The notes under the pieces are model-generated. The model saw only the letters and a list, made by a program, of their open reading frames with translations. It ran no database searches and was not told the origin of the DNA. A stretch of DNA of 64,000 nt from Octopus vulgaris (Eukaryota). The position numbers and the translations under genes were made by a program. The DNA lies in contig OX597829.1 of assembly GCA_951406725.2 (NCBI GenBank), positions 19,654,001 to 19,718,000 of the forward strand. The letters run 5' to 3'. Positions 13,762-25,895 of the stretch are shown piece by piece. Positions within the stretch are counted from its first letter, which is position 1. Each line of letters opens with the position of its first letter.

Positions 13762-14190
13762 TCATCATCATCATCATCACCATCGTTTCACATCTGCTTT
13801 CCATGCTAGCATGAGTTGGACGATTTGACTGAGGACTGGCGAGTTTCTACAGCTAGATGCCCTTCCTAATGCCAACCACTCCAAGAGTGTAGTGGGTGCT
13901 TTTTACATGCCCCCAGCATGAGGGCCAGTCAGGCGGTACTGGCAACAGCCACACTCAAATGGTGCTCTTTATGTGTCACCTGCCCAGGAGCCAGTCCAGT
14001 GGTACTGGCAACGACCTCACTCAAATGTTTTTCACATGCCACCGGCACAGAAGCCAGTTTGCTGTTCTGGCAATGATCACGCTCAGCTGGTGCTCTTAGC
14101 GCTCCACTAACACGGATGCCAGTCATTGAATATGATTTCGATTTTGATTTCATTTGCCTCAACAGGTCTTTGCAAGCAGAGTTTAGTGTC
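13762..14190 (-). mobile_element. RTE 3' UTR fragment
   Basis: (CAT)n tail, GATGCCCTTCCTAATGCCAACCAC and GGTGCTTTTTAC repeats. Confidence 0.8.
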
Positions 14191-15256
14191 TGTTAACCAA
14201 TAATAAATTAACAAATGTATAGTGAACAGCAAAAACCAAAACAAATCAAATCTGATAGATTAAAACAGGAATATATTATTCACTGTTGTGTTTGTCACAG
14301 GAGAATTTTGCAATGAATATGTATTCTTAAAACACTTAATTCATTTACAAAAAAGATTCTGAGAAAAGAAGAGATAGTCTCAAGAATCAAAATTATCCAA
14401 ATGCTGACGTACCATTAAGAAAATGATTTATTGTGTGGAGATTAAGAGGATAGTTATAGGTAATAAATCAAGAATTTATGTTGTATGGGCATTGATAAGC
14501 CTGTTTTTGTTTATGTTGCTCTTAAATATGGAAATAGCCATTCTGAGTTGTTTCTCAACTCATTTTTCTTTAATTTATTGATGCTTGTCTATGAGAGGCT
14601 TGACCCTTCAAGCATCTCCCGCCAGCCATATTTTATCCCCCATCCACTTTTCATTCTCTAACACCAATTACTTTTATCACCTGAGAGCAGAATAGGCACA
14701 TGTTACATCTCTCTGATTTCTCAGTTACCTTCACACCCCTCCCATAAGTTATCTTCTTCTACCACCTCTGCTTACTGACTCCATCAATCATTTTCTTTCT
14801 GTGTCTTCTCTCTCTTCTTCCTTATGCTGCTCTCTGTCATCAACTCCTCACTTACCTGCTATTACCCTCAATGTCTACTGGGCCCCTGACCCCCACTCCT
14901 ATATTTTTCTCCATCATTCGCTGTAGTCACTTCATCCTGTTCACTCATTCAGCCCCAACTTCTATATTACCTCACCTATTCTCACCACCTTCCATGTCCC
15001 TTGAGGGTATGTCTTGACACATCTCTGTCATTATCTCTCTCTCACTATTGCTCTCTTTATCTTACACTCCAATTTACTTTCCTTTGTTTATCAACTCAAC
15101 ACAACACCTATATCTGTCTCCTCTGTACCTTAAATCTCTCAACTGGCATTATGTCATATCCCCCACCCCAATACTACACCTCCGCTCCCTGTTGAGTGAG
15201 TTTTGTCCCCGTAAGATACTTGGTGAGCCTGCCTGTGCTGGTGTCACATAAAAAGC

Positions 15257-16760
15257 AACCAGTATACTCTGTAAAGTGGTTGGCACTAGGAAGGGCATCC
15301 AGCTGTAGAAACCAAGCCAAATCAGATTGGAACCTGGTGCAGCTCTCCATCATGCCACCTCTAGCACTCAGCACACACTATAAAGTGGTTGGCACTAGGA
15401 AGGGCATCCAGCTGTAGAAACCAAACCAAATCAGACTGGAACCTGGTGCAGCTCTCCAGCTTGCCATCTCTAGCACTCAGCACACACTATAAAGTGGTTG
15501 GCATTAGGAAGGGCATCCAGCTGTAGAAACCAAGCCAAATCAGATTGGAACCTGGTGCAACTCTCCAGCTTGCCAGCTCTAGCACTCAGTACACACTATA
15601 AAGTGGTTGGCACTAGGAAGGGCATCCAGCTGTAGAAACCAAGCCAAATCAGACTGGAACCTTGTGCAGCTCTCCAGCTTGCCACCTCTAGCACTCAGCA
15701 CACACTATAAAGTGGTTGGCACTAGGAAGGGCATCCAGCTGTAGAAACCAAGCCAAATCAGACTGGAACCTTGGGCAGCTCTCCAGCTTACCAGCTCTAG
15801 CACTCAGCACACACTATAAAGTGGTTGGCACTAGGAAGGGCATCCAGCTGTAGAAACCAAGCCAAATCAGATTGGAACCTGGTGCAGCTCTCCAGCTTGC
15901 CACCTCTAGCACTCAGCACACACTATAGAGTGGTTGGCACTAGGAAGGGCATCCAGCTGTAGAAACCAAGCCAAATCAGACTGGAACCTGGTGCAGCTCT
16001 CCAGCTTGCCATCTCTTTTACTCAGTACACACTATAAAGTGGTTGGCACTAGGAAGGGCATCCAGCTGTAGAAACCAAGCCAAATCAGACTGGAACCTGG
16101 TGCAGCTCTCCATCATGCCACCTCTAGCACTCAGCACACACTATAAAGTGGTTGGCACTAGGAAGGGCATCCAGCTGTAGAAACCAAACCAAATCAGATT
16201 GGAACCTGGTGCAGCTCTCCATCATGCCAGCTCTAGCACTCAGCACACACTATAAAGTGGTTGGCACTAGGAAGGGCATCCAGCTGTAGAAACCAAGCCA
16301 AATCAGACTGGAACCTGGTGCAGCTCTCCAGCTTGCCACCTCTAGCACTCAGTACACACTATAAAGTGGTTGGCACTATGAAGGGCATCCATCTGTAGAA
16401 ACCAAGCCAAATCAGACTGGAACCTTGTGCAGCTCTCCAGCTTGCCAGCTCTAGCACTCAGCAAGCACTATAAAGTGGTTGGCACTAGGAAGGGCATCCA
16501 GCTGTAGAAACCAAGCCAAATCAGACTGGAACCTGGTGCAGCTCTCCAGCTTACCAGCTCTAGCACTCAGCACACACTATAAAGTGGTTGGCACTAGGAA
16601 GGGCATCCAGCTGTAGAAACCAAGCCAAATCAGATTGGAACCTGGTGCAGCTCTCCAGCTTGCCACGTCTAGCACTCAGCAGACACTATAAAGTGGTTGG
16701 CACTAGGAAGGGCATCCAGCTGTAGAAACCAAGCCAAATCAGACAATGGAACCTGGTGTA
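15257..16760 (+). repeat. Tandem array, about 14 x 109 bp, derived from RTE 3' UTR
   Basis: GTGGTTGGCA(C/T)TA anchors at 15276, 15385, 15494, 15603, 15712, 15821, 15930, 16039, 16148, 16257, 16366, 16475, 16584, 16693 (exact 109 spacing); the unit matches the RTE 3' UTR seen at 61100-61200; (GAT)n tail at about 16813-16829. Confidence 0.97.
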
Positions 16761-17277
16761 ACTTCTGGCCTACCAGCTCCTGTGAAACTGGCTAACTTTT
16801 GCCGGAGAGTTAATGATGATGATGATGATATTGTCAAGGTGATAAATGTTTTCTACTCTTTCAATATACGGCTATGTCCCTTGGCTGTTGGAGATAAGGT
16901 TGCAGAGTTGCTATGCTGATAATGCCTATTGAAGCAGAAACAGCTGTCCACAAATGTCCTCTTATCTCTAGATAATAAGCCTGTCCCTTTTTTTCGCCCT
17001 TAATGGCAAGTCAACTTTCTAGAGTTTTTAGTTCTTCAGATTATCTCCCTTTCCCATATGGAGCCGGTCTCGAACACCATCTGGTAACTATGATACATCC
17101 TGTAAAGGCAGGGAATAATTATTAAAATTCAAGAATTTATATTGTATGGTTTTTAACATGCTTCTATTTGTCTATGTTGTTCAAATGCATTCAACTAGCC
17201 ACTCTGAGTTACTTCTCTTGTTTCCTATCATTTCTATAAAGCATGGGATATATATATATATACACACACACACACGC

Positions 17278-17326
<49 letters not shown>

Positions 17327-17382
17327 AAATTCTTAAGCCTTCTGTAGTTTTTTCACTCTTTTCTATTTTCTATATATATACA

Positions 17383-17615
17383 CCAATCCGACCATGGCCG
17401 TTGCCAGCCTCGCCTGGCACTTGTGCAGGTGGCACGCAAAAAGCACCCACTACACTCACGGAGTGGTTGGCGTTAGGAAGGGCATCCAGCTGTAGAAACA
17501 TTGCCAGATAAGACTGGAGCCTGGTGCAGCCTTCTGGCTTCCCAGATTCCCGGTCGAACCGTCCAACCCATGCTAGCATGGAAAGCGGACGCTAAACGAT
17601 GATGATGATGATGAT
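17383..17615 (+). mobile_element. RTE 3' UTR fragment, young
   Basis: CpG-intact copy ending CGCTAAACGATGATGAT. Confidence 0.85.
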
Positions 17616-17969
17616 ATTGGATTCCATGCATCATTCAGTGAAGCACCTGGACACATCATGAGTGATGTTTCCTGGAATCATTTGTTGTTTGAGTCTTTCA
17701 ACATCAGACACCTTCACTATGGTGACTTAAACAGTCATGATGATATAACCAGTAGTTTTTTCTTTTAAAATTCCATGGACTTAAAACAATTCATATATTT
17801 CATATAATTTTCTATATCCAATTTAGTATGTTCAATGATGTAACACTTCCACTGGCTATCAAAACGATCGTAACTGATTTATACCATACCAGGCGTGGCT
17901 GTGTGGTAAGAAGCTTGCTTCCAGTTACTGCACATGCATTGATTCAGTTGCTGGGTTTTTTTTTTTTTG

Positions 17970-19160
17970 AGAGTCGGACAGGATTTTTGTGTTGCTTGGC
18001 CGCAGATTAGAGAAAATGTATTCAGACTTTAGCGGATCTGAATTGTCTTCAGTGGAGTAGGAGCTGGTGAAGGTGGTGAGGAGAATGGATGGAATATTGG
18101 AGAGAACAAGAAGTTTTTCTGAGGCGGCAGAGGTGAAGAGAAAGGATGTAGACCTGGCTGGACTAAAGGAATATGGGAAAATGGCACAGAAGGTGGGTGG
18201 TGACGTGAAGTTGTTGCTACCTAAAAGAATCATGTGGCAAATGAAGAGGAAAACTATCACCTATAGGGTGCACTCGCTGAAGAACAAAAAAGCTGAACAG
18301 GTGGAAGCAGAAATAATAGAAAAGGCGCTAAGGAAACAGTTGAACCAAATAATGTATATAACCGAAGGATGTAAATACGGGATAGCGGTCGTCCAGTTTA
18401 GGACAGTGGAAGAGGTAGGAGGCTGGCGATTGTGGTGGTGAGGAAAGAAGAGGTGTGCTTCTGCCCACATATCTTGGAAGAAAGACTTCCAAGTTAAGAG
18501 TGGAAGCAATCCCACCTGGCTTGGGTCTTGGCATCCGTACTCGTTGGAAATGGAAGAAGTAGGATGGAGAGGGAAATCACTGGATCTCATCCTGCAGGCA
18601 GAGAAGCAGCTAGAGAGCTGGCGGAGACGGTGACGTTGGGAGAAATTGTGTGAAGAACGTGGGTGGAAGGCAGAGTCCCACATTGTTTTAAATGTGGCCA
18701 AAAGGGTTGCATTAGAGCAACTGCCCTCTACAGAAGAAAACAAAAGATGAAACAACAGATAAGCCAGTTGTGGAGTCGGAGAAGAAAAGAAAGACGGAGG
18801 AAAGGAGGAAGAATGGATAGTAACAGAGAGTAGAAGGAAGAAGAGGAAGAAAAGAAAGAACATTGGGTGTGATGCGATACCCCAGTCCAACTCTGTCTCA
18901 CCCAAGACCATTCAGACCCACCTGCCCTATACAGATACCAGACCTACCTCATTTCCCCACAGGAAAAAAGAAAAAGAAAAAAGAGCAGACACCACAGAAT
19001 TTAGAAGACCCCCCCTCCTGCCAGTGAAAAAGGTTACAAAAGGGTGTTGTCGATGGAGCAATAGCAAGAGCGGAAATAGAAGGGCTAGACCAGAGACTAA
19101 AGAAGAATTAGGACTCAGAGGCGGTGAGTGGTGTTACTCCGTGTGGGGTTAGAAGCACAC
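17970..19160 (+). mobile_element. Possible L1/Tx1-like ORF1 relic
   Basis: Purine-rich, Lys/Glu-rich broken ORF (18067-18441) with an RRM-like ending (YGIAVVQFRTVEE), lying between two SINE pieces; no splice structure. Confidence 0.35.
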
Positions 19161-19342
19161 TCTTGATATTTTCATTTTCAGATATCATGCATGTTGTCAT
19201 AACCTTAATTCATTTTTTCATGTCCATTTTCATGACACTTACAGTATCATATTTTATTCTTACATATTTTTAATTGTCATATGTCTCCACATGTTTTGTA
19301 GTGTCACCTCTATGTTATGCCTTTATGGCAAAATATTGAAAT

Positions 19343-19494
19343 AAAGAAGCTTGCATCCCAACCAGATGGTTCTGAGTTCAGTCTCACTGCATGGTACCTT
19401 GGGCAAATGTCTTTTGCTATAGCCTTGGGCCAATCAAAGTGCTGTGAGTGGATTTGGTTGACGGAAACTGAAAGAAGCCTGTTGTATACATATA

Positions 19495-19548
<54 letters not shown>

Positions 19549-19760
19549 CTTATATATATGTGTTTGTGTCTGTCCCACACTATTACATGACAACCGATGT
19601 TGGTGTGTTTACGTCCCTGTCAGCGGTTTGGCAAAAAGAGACTGATAGAATAAGTGCTAGGCTTGCAAAGAATAAGTGCTGGGGTCGATTTATTCGACCA
19701 AAGGTGGTGCTCCAGCATGGGCACAGTCAAACGATTGAAACAAGTAAAAGAATAAAAGAA
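19343..19760 (+). mobile_element. SINE family A
   Basis: Match to family A body and tail. Confidence 0.8.
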
Positions 19761-20183
19761 TACCAGTATCTTAATTGCTTTGATTATTTTAATTTTATAT
19801 CCCGCAATTGATATATTATTCTTATAATGGGTACATCTTATGAATTTTCAGTTTGTGTAGAGTACTTTGGATCTCAGATGTCTTAGATGACATTTTTTTC
19901 TACTCTATGAAACCCCGTTAACCGGTATTTTGCTAGGAATGCTGACTGGAGGTATTCACCTGGATTATCGGAATCCCCCTTAGATAGATACATGTATATA
20001 CATGTACATTCGCATGAGTGTGTGTGTGTATGATATACATAAATATAGATATACATATATATGAAAATATATACAAATACATATATATATACATACATAT
20101 ATGTGTGTGTGTGTGTGTGTGTACATATATATATATATATATACAATATATATATACAATATATATATATATACACATACACA

Positions 20184-20223
<40 letters not shown>

Positions 20224-20389
20224 GTACATATGTATATGTGTGTGTGTATACACTCATACAATAAATACATACTTATATATTTAGATATACATATATAGAT
20301 ATTACACACACACACACATATACATGTAGATATACATACATGATACATATGAACATATACATACATACATAGAAACATACGTGTGTGTG

Positions 20390-20678
20390 TATGTGTGTCT
20401 GTGCGCCCGCGCGTGCGTGTGTGTTCATGCACAGAACCCCATCTTACGCCTCACATTTTTCATTTACATATAAATTCAAAAGTCCGGTGAACTTCTTTTC
20501 ATTAGATGTTATGAAAAGAAGGTAATTCGAAAAAAAAAAAAAAAAGAAAAAAAAATCGGAGAGGCTTCAACGTGTTTAGTTGTCCCCCAGACCTTGACCG
20601 TTTCGTGATAAACATCAATTATAGGATCTCGTGTCTTTTGTTTATTATATATTTTTTTATTTATTTTTGCCTTCCAAT
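20390..20678 (+). promoter_or_regulatory. Probable PGRMC promoter / 5' UTR (locally CpG-retaining)
   Basis: CpG-rich relative to the CpG-depleted flanks (GTGCGCCCGCGCGTGCG, TCCGG, ATCGG, CCGTTTCG); lies just upstream of the ATG; CpG retention continues to about 21300. TSS not determinable. Confidence 0.5.
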
Positions 20679-20988
20679 ATGGAGGTGGCGAGTTCTTCTT
20701 CTGCTGCAAGTACTGTTTCTTCAGCAAAAACATTAATCGGTGAGGTCTTACAACCGCTCTATGTAGTTATTTTCGGTATGGCCATCCTGGCTGTTATTCT
20801 CTTCGCTTCTCTGAAGCATCTCAGATACCATCAACAGCCAGAAGTGCATTTGCCGCGGATGAAGAAAAAAGACATGACAATAGCCGAACTAAAGAAATAC
20901 GATGGAACCGGTGAGGACGGCCGTATATGTATCGCTGTAAACAGAAAAATCTTTGACGTTACCCGAGGAAGGAAGTATTATGGACCCG
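20679..20988 (+). CDS. PGRMC1: PGRMC (membrane-associated progesterone receptor component) exon 1
   Basis: MEVASS... hydrophobic TM segment (PLYVVIFGMAILAVILFASL), then LPRMKKKDMTIAELKKYDGTGEDGRICIAVNRKIFDVTRGRKYYGP; donor G|GTAAGT at 20989, phase 1. Confidence 0.95.
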
Positions 20989-21619
20989 GTAAGTGCTGTC
21001 ATTTTTATATCAATATCAAACATCATTATCGTCATTAAAATTATTCGGGTTCACGACGAACATGTTCTCCACCCGGTTTCAGTTTCCAGTTATCTTATTT
21101 CATTGTACATTGTTATGGTCCTTGATGAAATAAAATTAAAAATAAAATAAAATGCATGACTATTTACTCAGTCACATTCGGCCCTTCTGTAAATATTAAG
21201 TTCAAATACTAACTAAAACAATCGTATTTATATTCACATTAAAAAATTAGCCGAATCTGCAGCCCGGTTTCAATTTCCGGTTGATAACAAGTTCGCTTCA
21301 TTTTAAAGACTTCATAATGTTCTTGAATAATAAACAGCATGAACATCACACATTCCCTTCTTCCTTTAACAAATGTGAAACTTGAAGTCTTGTTTACCTA
21401 TGTAACAAAATTTTCATCTTTTCCTCGTTTTAAAGATGTTCACCTTTTGCAAAATATAGTTTGTTTATGTTATTATATTATTCAGTTATTGACAATCAAA
21501 CAGCTTTTGTGCCTTTTTTACATTTCGGTCGGTCACACTTGAGTTTCAAGTATTTATTATATTAATCTGTCTTATCTTATCACGCGTAAATATTTACAGG
21601 GACAAAATCATTCATGTAC

Positions 21620-21765
<146 letters not shown>

Positions 21766-21800
21766 AGACATAGACGTATCTGTGTGTATGTGTATATATA

Positions 21801-21833
<33 letters not shown>

Positions 21834-22229
21834 TTATAATATCTGTATCTAAGTGGAAGTACTTTTATATTTGGGCATTTGCGATGCAGAATTATTTCAA
21901 ATTAGTGTTAGAAAAGAAAAAAATAAACAACGGGGGAAAATGGCTAAAATAAACAAACATGATATAAAATTTTCACATGGTCTTTCTCTCCTTTTCTTAC
22001 ACACACGCACGCACACACATTATATATATATATATATTTATGTACTATTGTATATATTTTTTTTCTTACGATCTTTCGTGCTAAGCAGCTTTAATATATG
22101 CTTTGTGCATAATTGAATATTATTTATTTATTTATATGTTTATGTATATTGTATATTTTCTGTATATTTACTTATGTTATATATATATTTTGTTATATAT
22201 GTATATTTTATGTTGTATTTTTATATATA

Positions 22230-23300
22230 ACGCCACATCTGCAAGACCATTATTATTCGAAAAGTGAAAGATGACATTATCGTATATCTCTCAAGCTATC
22301 TTGTCTTCCAAACTACAGCCAACCCTTTTGGTCCCTTGCCAAAAAGATATCTACCAACTTTGCGGAATTCTTTTCCCTCCACTTTACATCAACTATGGTA
22401 CTGTGAGTAGTACCCCAGCAGAGAAAGCCTATATCTTTACTGTTCATGTTTCAGTCAATTCTACACTCGACACACTAAGCAAGTCTTCTCCAATTTTATT
22501 TCCTCCACCCTGCATGCACTTACACCAAACATAAAAGTACTTTCTGTCACTTCTAACCAACAAGACTTCTGGTCTTGACTGCCTCACTTCCTCAACCATC
22601 TAGCACCCAGTTAATGCCTATATTCACCAAATTCTCCAATTCCTCCCTCTCTACAGGAATTTGTCCTATTCTTTGCAAACATGGTCTCCTCTCCAACCCT
22701 GCCAACTATTGCCCCTTTTTGCATTCATCTCTAGCATCTGTAATGTAATAGATATAGCCACTAACAACATTCTACACCTTGAATTTATCTCCTTCAAGAA
22801 TACCGGTATAGCTCTAGTAAAGATAGATTCACTAGTGACCTACACTCCTCTGTCATCCATCAGTAGGCTCTCACCAAGGAATTAAGTGAAAGCCAATATT
22901 GCTACCCTCAGTATCAACAAATCTGTCAATCGCAATGGCACTGGCTTCAGTTTTGTAACTAACTGTCATCTTTCTTTACATCAATGACTTACTTGCTGCC
23001 ACATCAAACCATGTCAACTCTTACGCAGATGAGACTACCCTTTATATCGCCCTAACATTCCCTGATCATGCATTATTCACTTCCAACTTAAACAACACAC
23101 ACAACACCAACGCTGAATCCATGAACAAAGACCCCCTCAAAAACATCCTCCAATAGGGATATGTCAATCTAATCTTTTCAACAACTAGAAAAAAAAGCAC
23201 AAATGCTACTCATATCAAAAACACACTGTCACATAACACCCATTTATTAATAAGCAACATCTGATTTTAACAGTTAGTATCATTCCAAATGTTGGACAGA
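22230..23300 (+). mobile_element. Old degraded CR1/Jockey-group LINE RT fragment
   Basis: About 22980-23040 reads INDLLAATSNHVNSYADETT (YADD-like); C-rich LINE-like composition; heavily frameshifted. Confidence 0.6.
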
Positions 23301-23471
23301 TCATACAACTGTGGTTTCGATTCCTGGACGGAATGGTGTGTTATGTTCTTGAGCTTAACACTTCATTTCACATTGTTCTGCAATCACTTAAAGTGACATG
23401 TGGTACAGGAAATGTTGATTTGGTGGTGGGTAAGAGTTAATGTGCGGCACAAAACTTTGATCACTATAAAC

Positions 23472-23782
23472 CAATGATTCCCAAAGTGGATAGTATTGCT
23501 CCCCTTGGAAGTGGTGGAAAATTTCAAGGGGGCGTTGAAGAAAAGTGGGGTAATAATGGGGTAGTGATTCATGTAAAAACTGAGGTGATAATAGGGCAGT
23601 GATTCATGTAAAAACAACAAAATAATGGGTTTATTAGGTTAAGTTTTATTTGTGAAATACATATGCTTTGAATTTCCTTGAGAAAGAGGTCTATATTTGT
23701 GATGGTTAGTTGGGGTGGGAGTTTTAAGAATGTGACCTGGGTGTCAAGGGGGCGGCAATCCGAAAAAGTTTGGGAACCACTA
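23472..23782. mobile_element. hAT MITE inserted in a SINE
   Basis: TIRs CAATGATTCCCAAA / TTTGGGAACCACTA; 8-bp TSD CTATAAAC on both sides. Confidence 0.75.
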
Positions 23783-24189
23783 CTATAAACGAATCACCAA
23801 TGCAGGTTGTTCAGCAAGAGCTGAAGCATTGGTAAAATCATGATGCTCTGTTCATCTGAAGAGCTCCCTTTCTATATCTGCATTGATTTGTAAATGCACA
23901 ATAGTACTGTGCAATGTGTAGCATGCACATTAGTGCAAACATGCAAAATAATTTATTAAACACTGAAATTATAATTACATGATGAGGGCTGTGAAACAGC
24001 CATCATCCTGTGGACATCAAATGGTTAAATAAATATATTTTATGATCTATCTGTCCATTTATCTACCTATATATATATATATATATAGTTAATCCAAACA
24101 TTAAAACACAAAGAGAAAACACAACAATGTGAGGATGTGGAACAAGTATAGTGTTATTGGACACTCAGGAAAGGAAAGAAAGAAGGAGG

Positions 24190-24224
24190 ATTTAACGTTT
24201 CGAGTGGAGCTCTTCGTCAGAAAC
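24190..24224 (-). ncRNA. Minimal (dimer-type) hammerhead ribozyme motif in a Penelope-like pLTR fragment (about 24087-24292)
   Basis: Reverse complement GUUU-CUGACGA-A-GAG(CUCCA)CUC-GAA-A-CG-U-U-AAAU: canonical core, short stems, palindromic ACGU stem III. Confidence 0.65.
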
Positions 24225-25221
24225 ATAGGAAAAGAAAGATCCAAGGAAGGGAAGACGGAGGGGAAAATAATTGCCAACGATACACACGTGGTATGATAGA
24301 GTAGTTGTATACTGTCAACTTAATGTTGACAGTCCCATGAAGAGAATCATACTACTGCTATTTAGCCCTAGAAAGCAGCAACGCTTCCTGTCGTCCTTGA
24401 CACATCTCCTGTGTCCTTATCTTTACAAGGAGGAGATAAGCACCTCCATCCAGCTAAGTTTCTGAGTTTTTGCTCATCAGTCTGGAGTAGCATGGCCTGC
24501 TAGTTGTAGATGCCTATCTAGCTCTTGTAAACATATAAGAGATCTAGGAATGCTTCCTGTCGGCCATGACACATTTCTGTCCTTATATATACAGAAAGAG
24601 AGAGAGTTGAGGTGTATTCCATTAAGAACATATTAGAGTACAAATAAAGCTCATTCACCCTTAGAATTCCCACTTTGGGAATCATTGGTTTATAGTGATC
24701 AAATTTTTGTGCCTCACATTAACTCGTTCCCACCATCAAATCAACATTTCCTGTTCCACATGTCAAAGGTTAAAGTGGTTGCAGAACAATGTGAAATGAA
24801 GTGTTATGCTCAAGAACAGACAACTTGCACATTGTCGCTCATGTTGAACATGTCATAACACACTCATAGAGAGCGGATTGAAACTCAGCATTTGTTAGTT
24901 TCAATGGAGCCATGGATGTAATAGCATTGAAATCAACGCCAACCACTCTCGGAGTGGTTGGCATTAGGAAGGGCATCCAGCTGTAGAAACACTGCCAGAT
25001 CAGACTGGAGCCTGGTGCAGCCTCCTGGCTTCCTAAACCCCAGTCGAACCACCCAACCCATGCCAGCATGGAAAACAGATGTTGAGCGATGATGATATGT
25101 AAATCTATATGCGTGGCACCTTGGACATGTGTCTTCTACTGTAGCCTCGGGCTGACCAAAGCCTTGTGGGTGGATTTAATTGATGGAAACTGTAAGAAGC
25201 CTGTCATATATATATATATAT

Positions 25222-25895
25222 ATCATCATCATCATCATCATCATTATTGTCATCATTGCTTACTGTCTGCTTTCCATGCTGGCATGGGTTGGACAGTTTG
25301 AATGGGGGGCTAGCAAGCCAGAAGGCTGTACCAGGCTCCAATCCAATCTGGCAAAGTTTCTACGGCTGGATGCCCTTCCTAACACCAACCACTCCGAAAG
25401 TGTAGTGGGTGCTTCTTACATGCCACTGGCACAGGAGCCAGTCAGGCTGCACTGGCATAGGCATGGTTACTGTCTCACCTAGCTTGCTAGGTTTTCTCGA
25501 GCACAGCATATCTCCAAAGGTCTCGGTCACTTGTCATTGCCTTGGCGAGGCCCAGTGTTCGAAGGTCGTGCTTCATCATCTCATCCCAGGTCTTCCTAGG
25601 TCTACCTCTTCCATAGGTTGCCTCTACTGCTAGGGTGTGACACTTTTTCCCACAGCTGTCCTCATCCATACGCAACACATGACCATACCAGCGCAGTTGT
25701 CTCTCTTGCACACCACATCTGATGCTTCTTAAGTCCAACTTTTCTCTCAGGGTACTTACACTCTGTCATGTATGCACACTGGCATTACACATCCAGTGGA
25801 GCACACTGGCTTCATTCCTTGCAAGCTTACAAATGTCCTCAGCATTCATGGCCCATGTTTCACTGCCATGTAGCATGGCTGTTCACACACGTGTC
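25222..25895 (-). mobile_element. RTE 3' fragment
   Basis: GVQERQLRWYGHVLRMDEDSC...GRGRPRKTWDEM plus UTR and (CAT)n. Confidence 0.87.

Noticed and set aside
15257-16760. Array as a CRISPR-like repeat-spacer locus
   Set aside because: Units are homologous over their whole length with no unique spacers; eukaryotic, RTE-derived.
20631-20678. Upstream GTG start and post-donor extension (to 21038) of the PGRMC ORF in the track
   Set aside because: Eukaryotic gene: the ATG at 20679 and the GT donor at 20989 fit homology.
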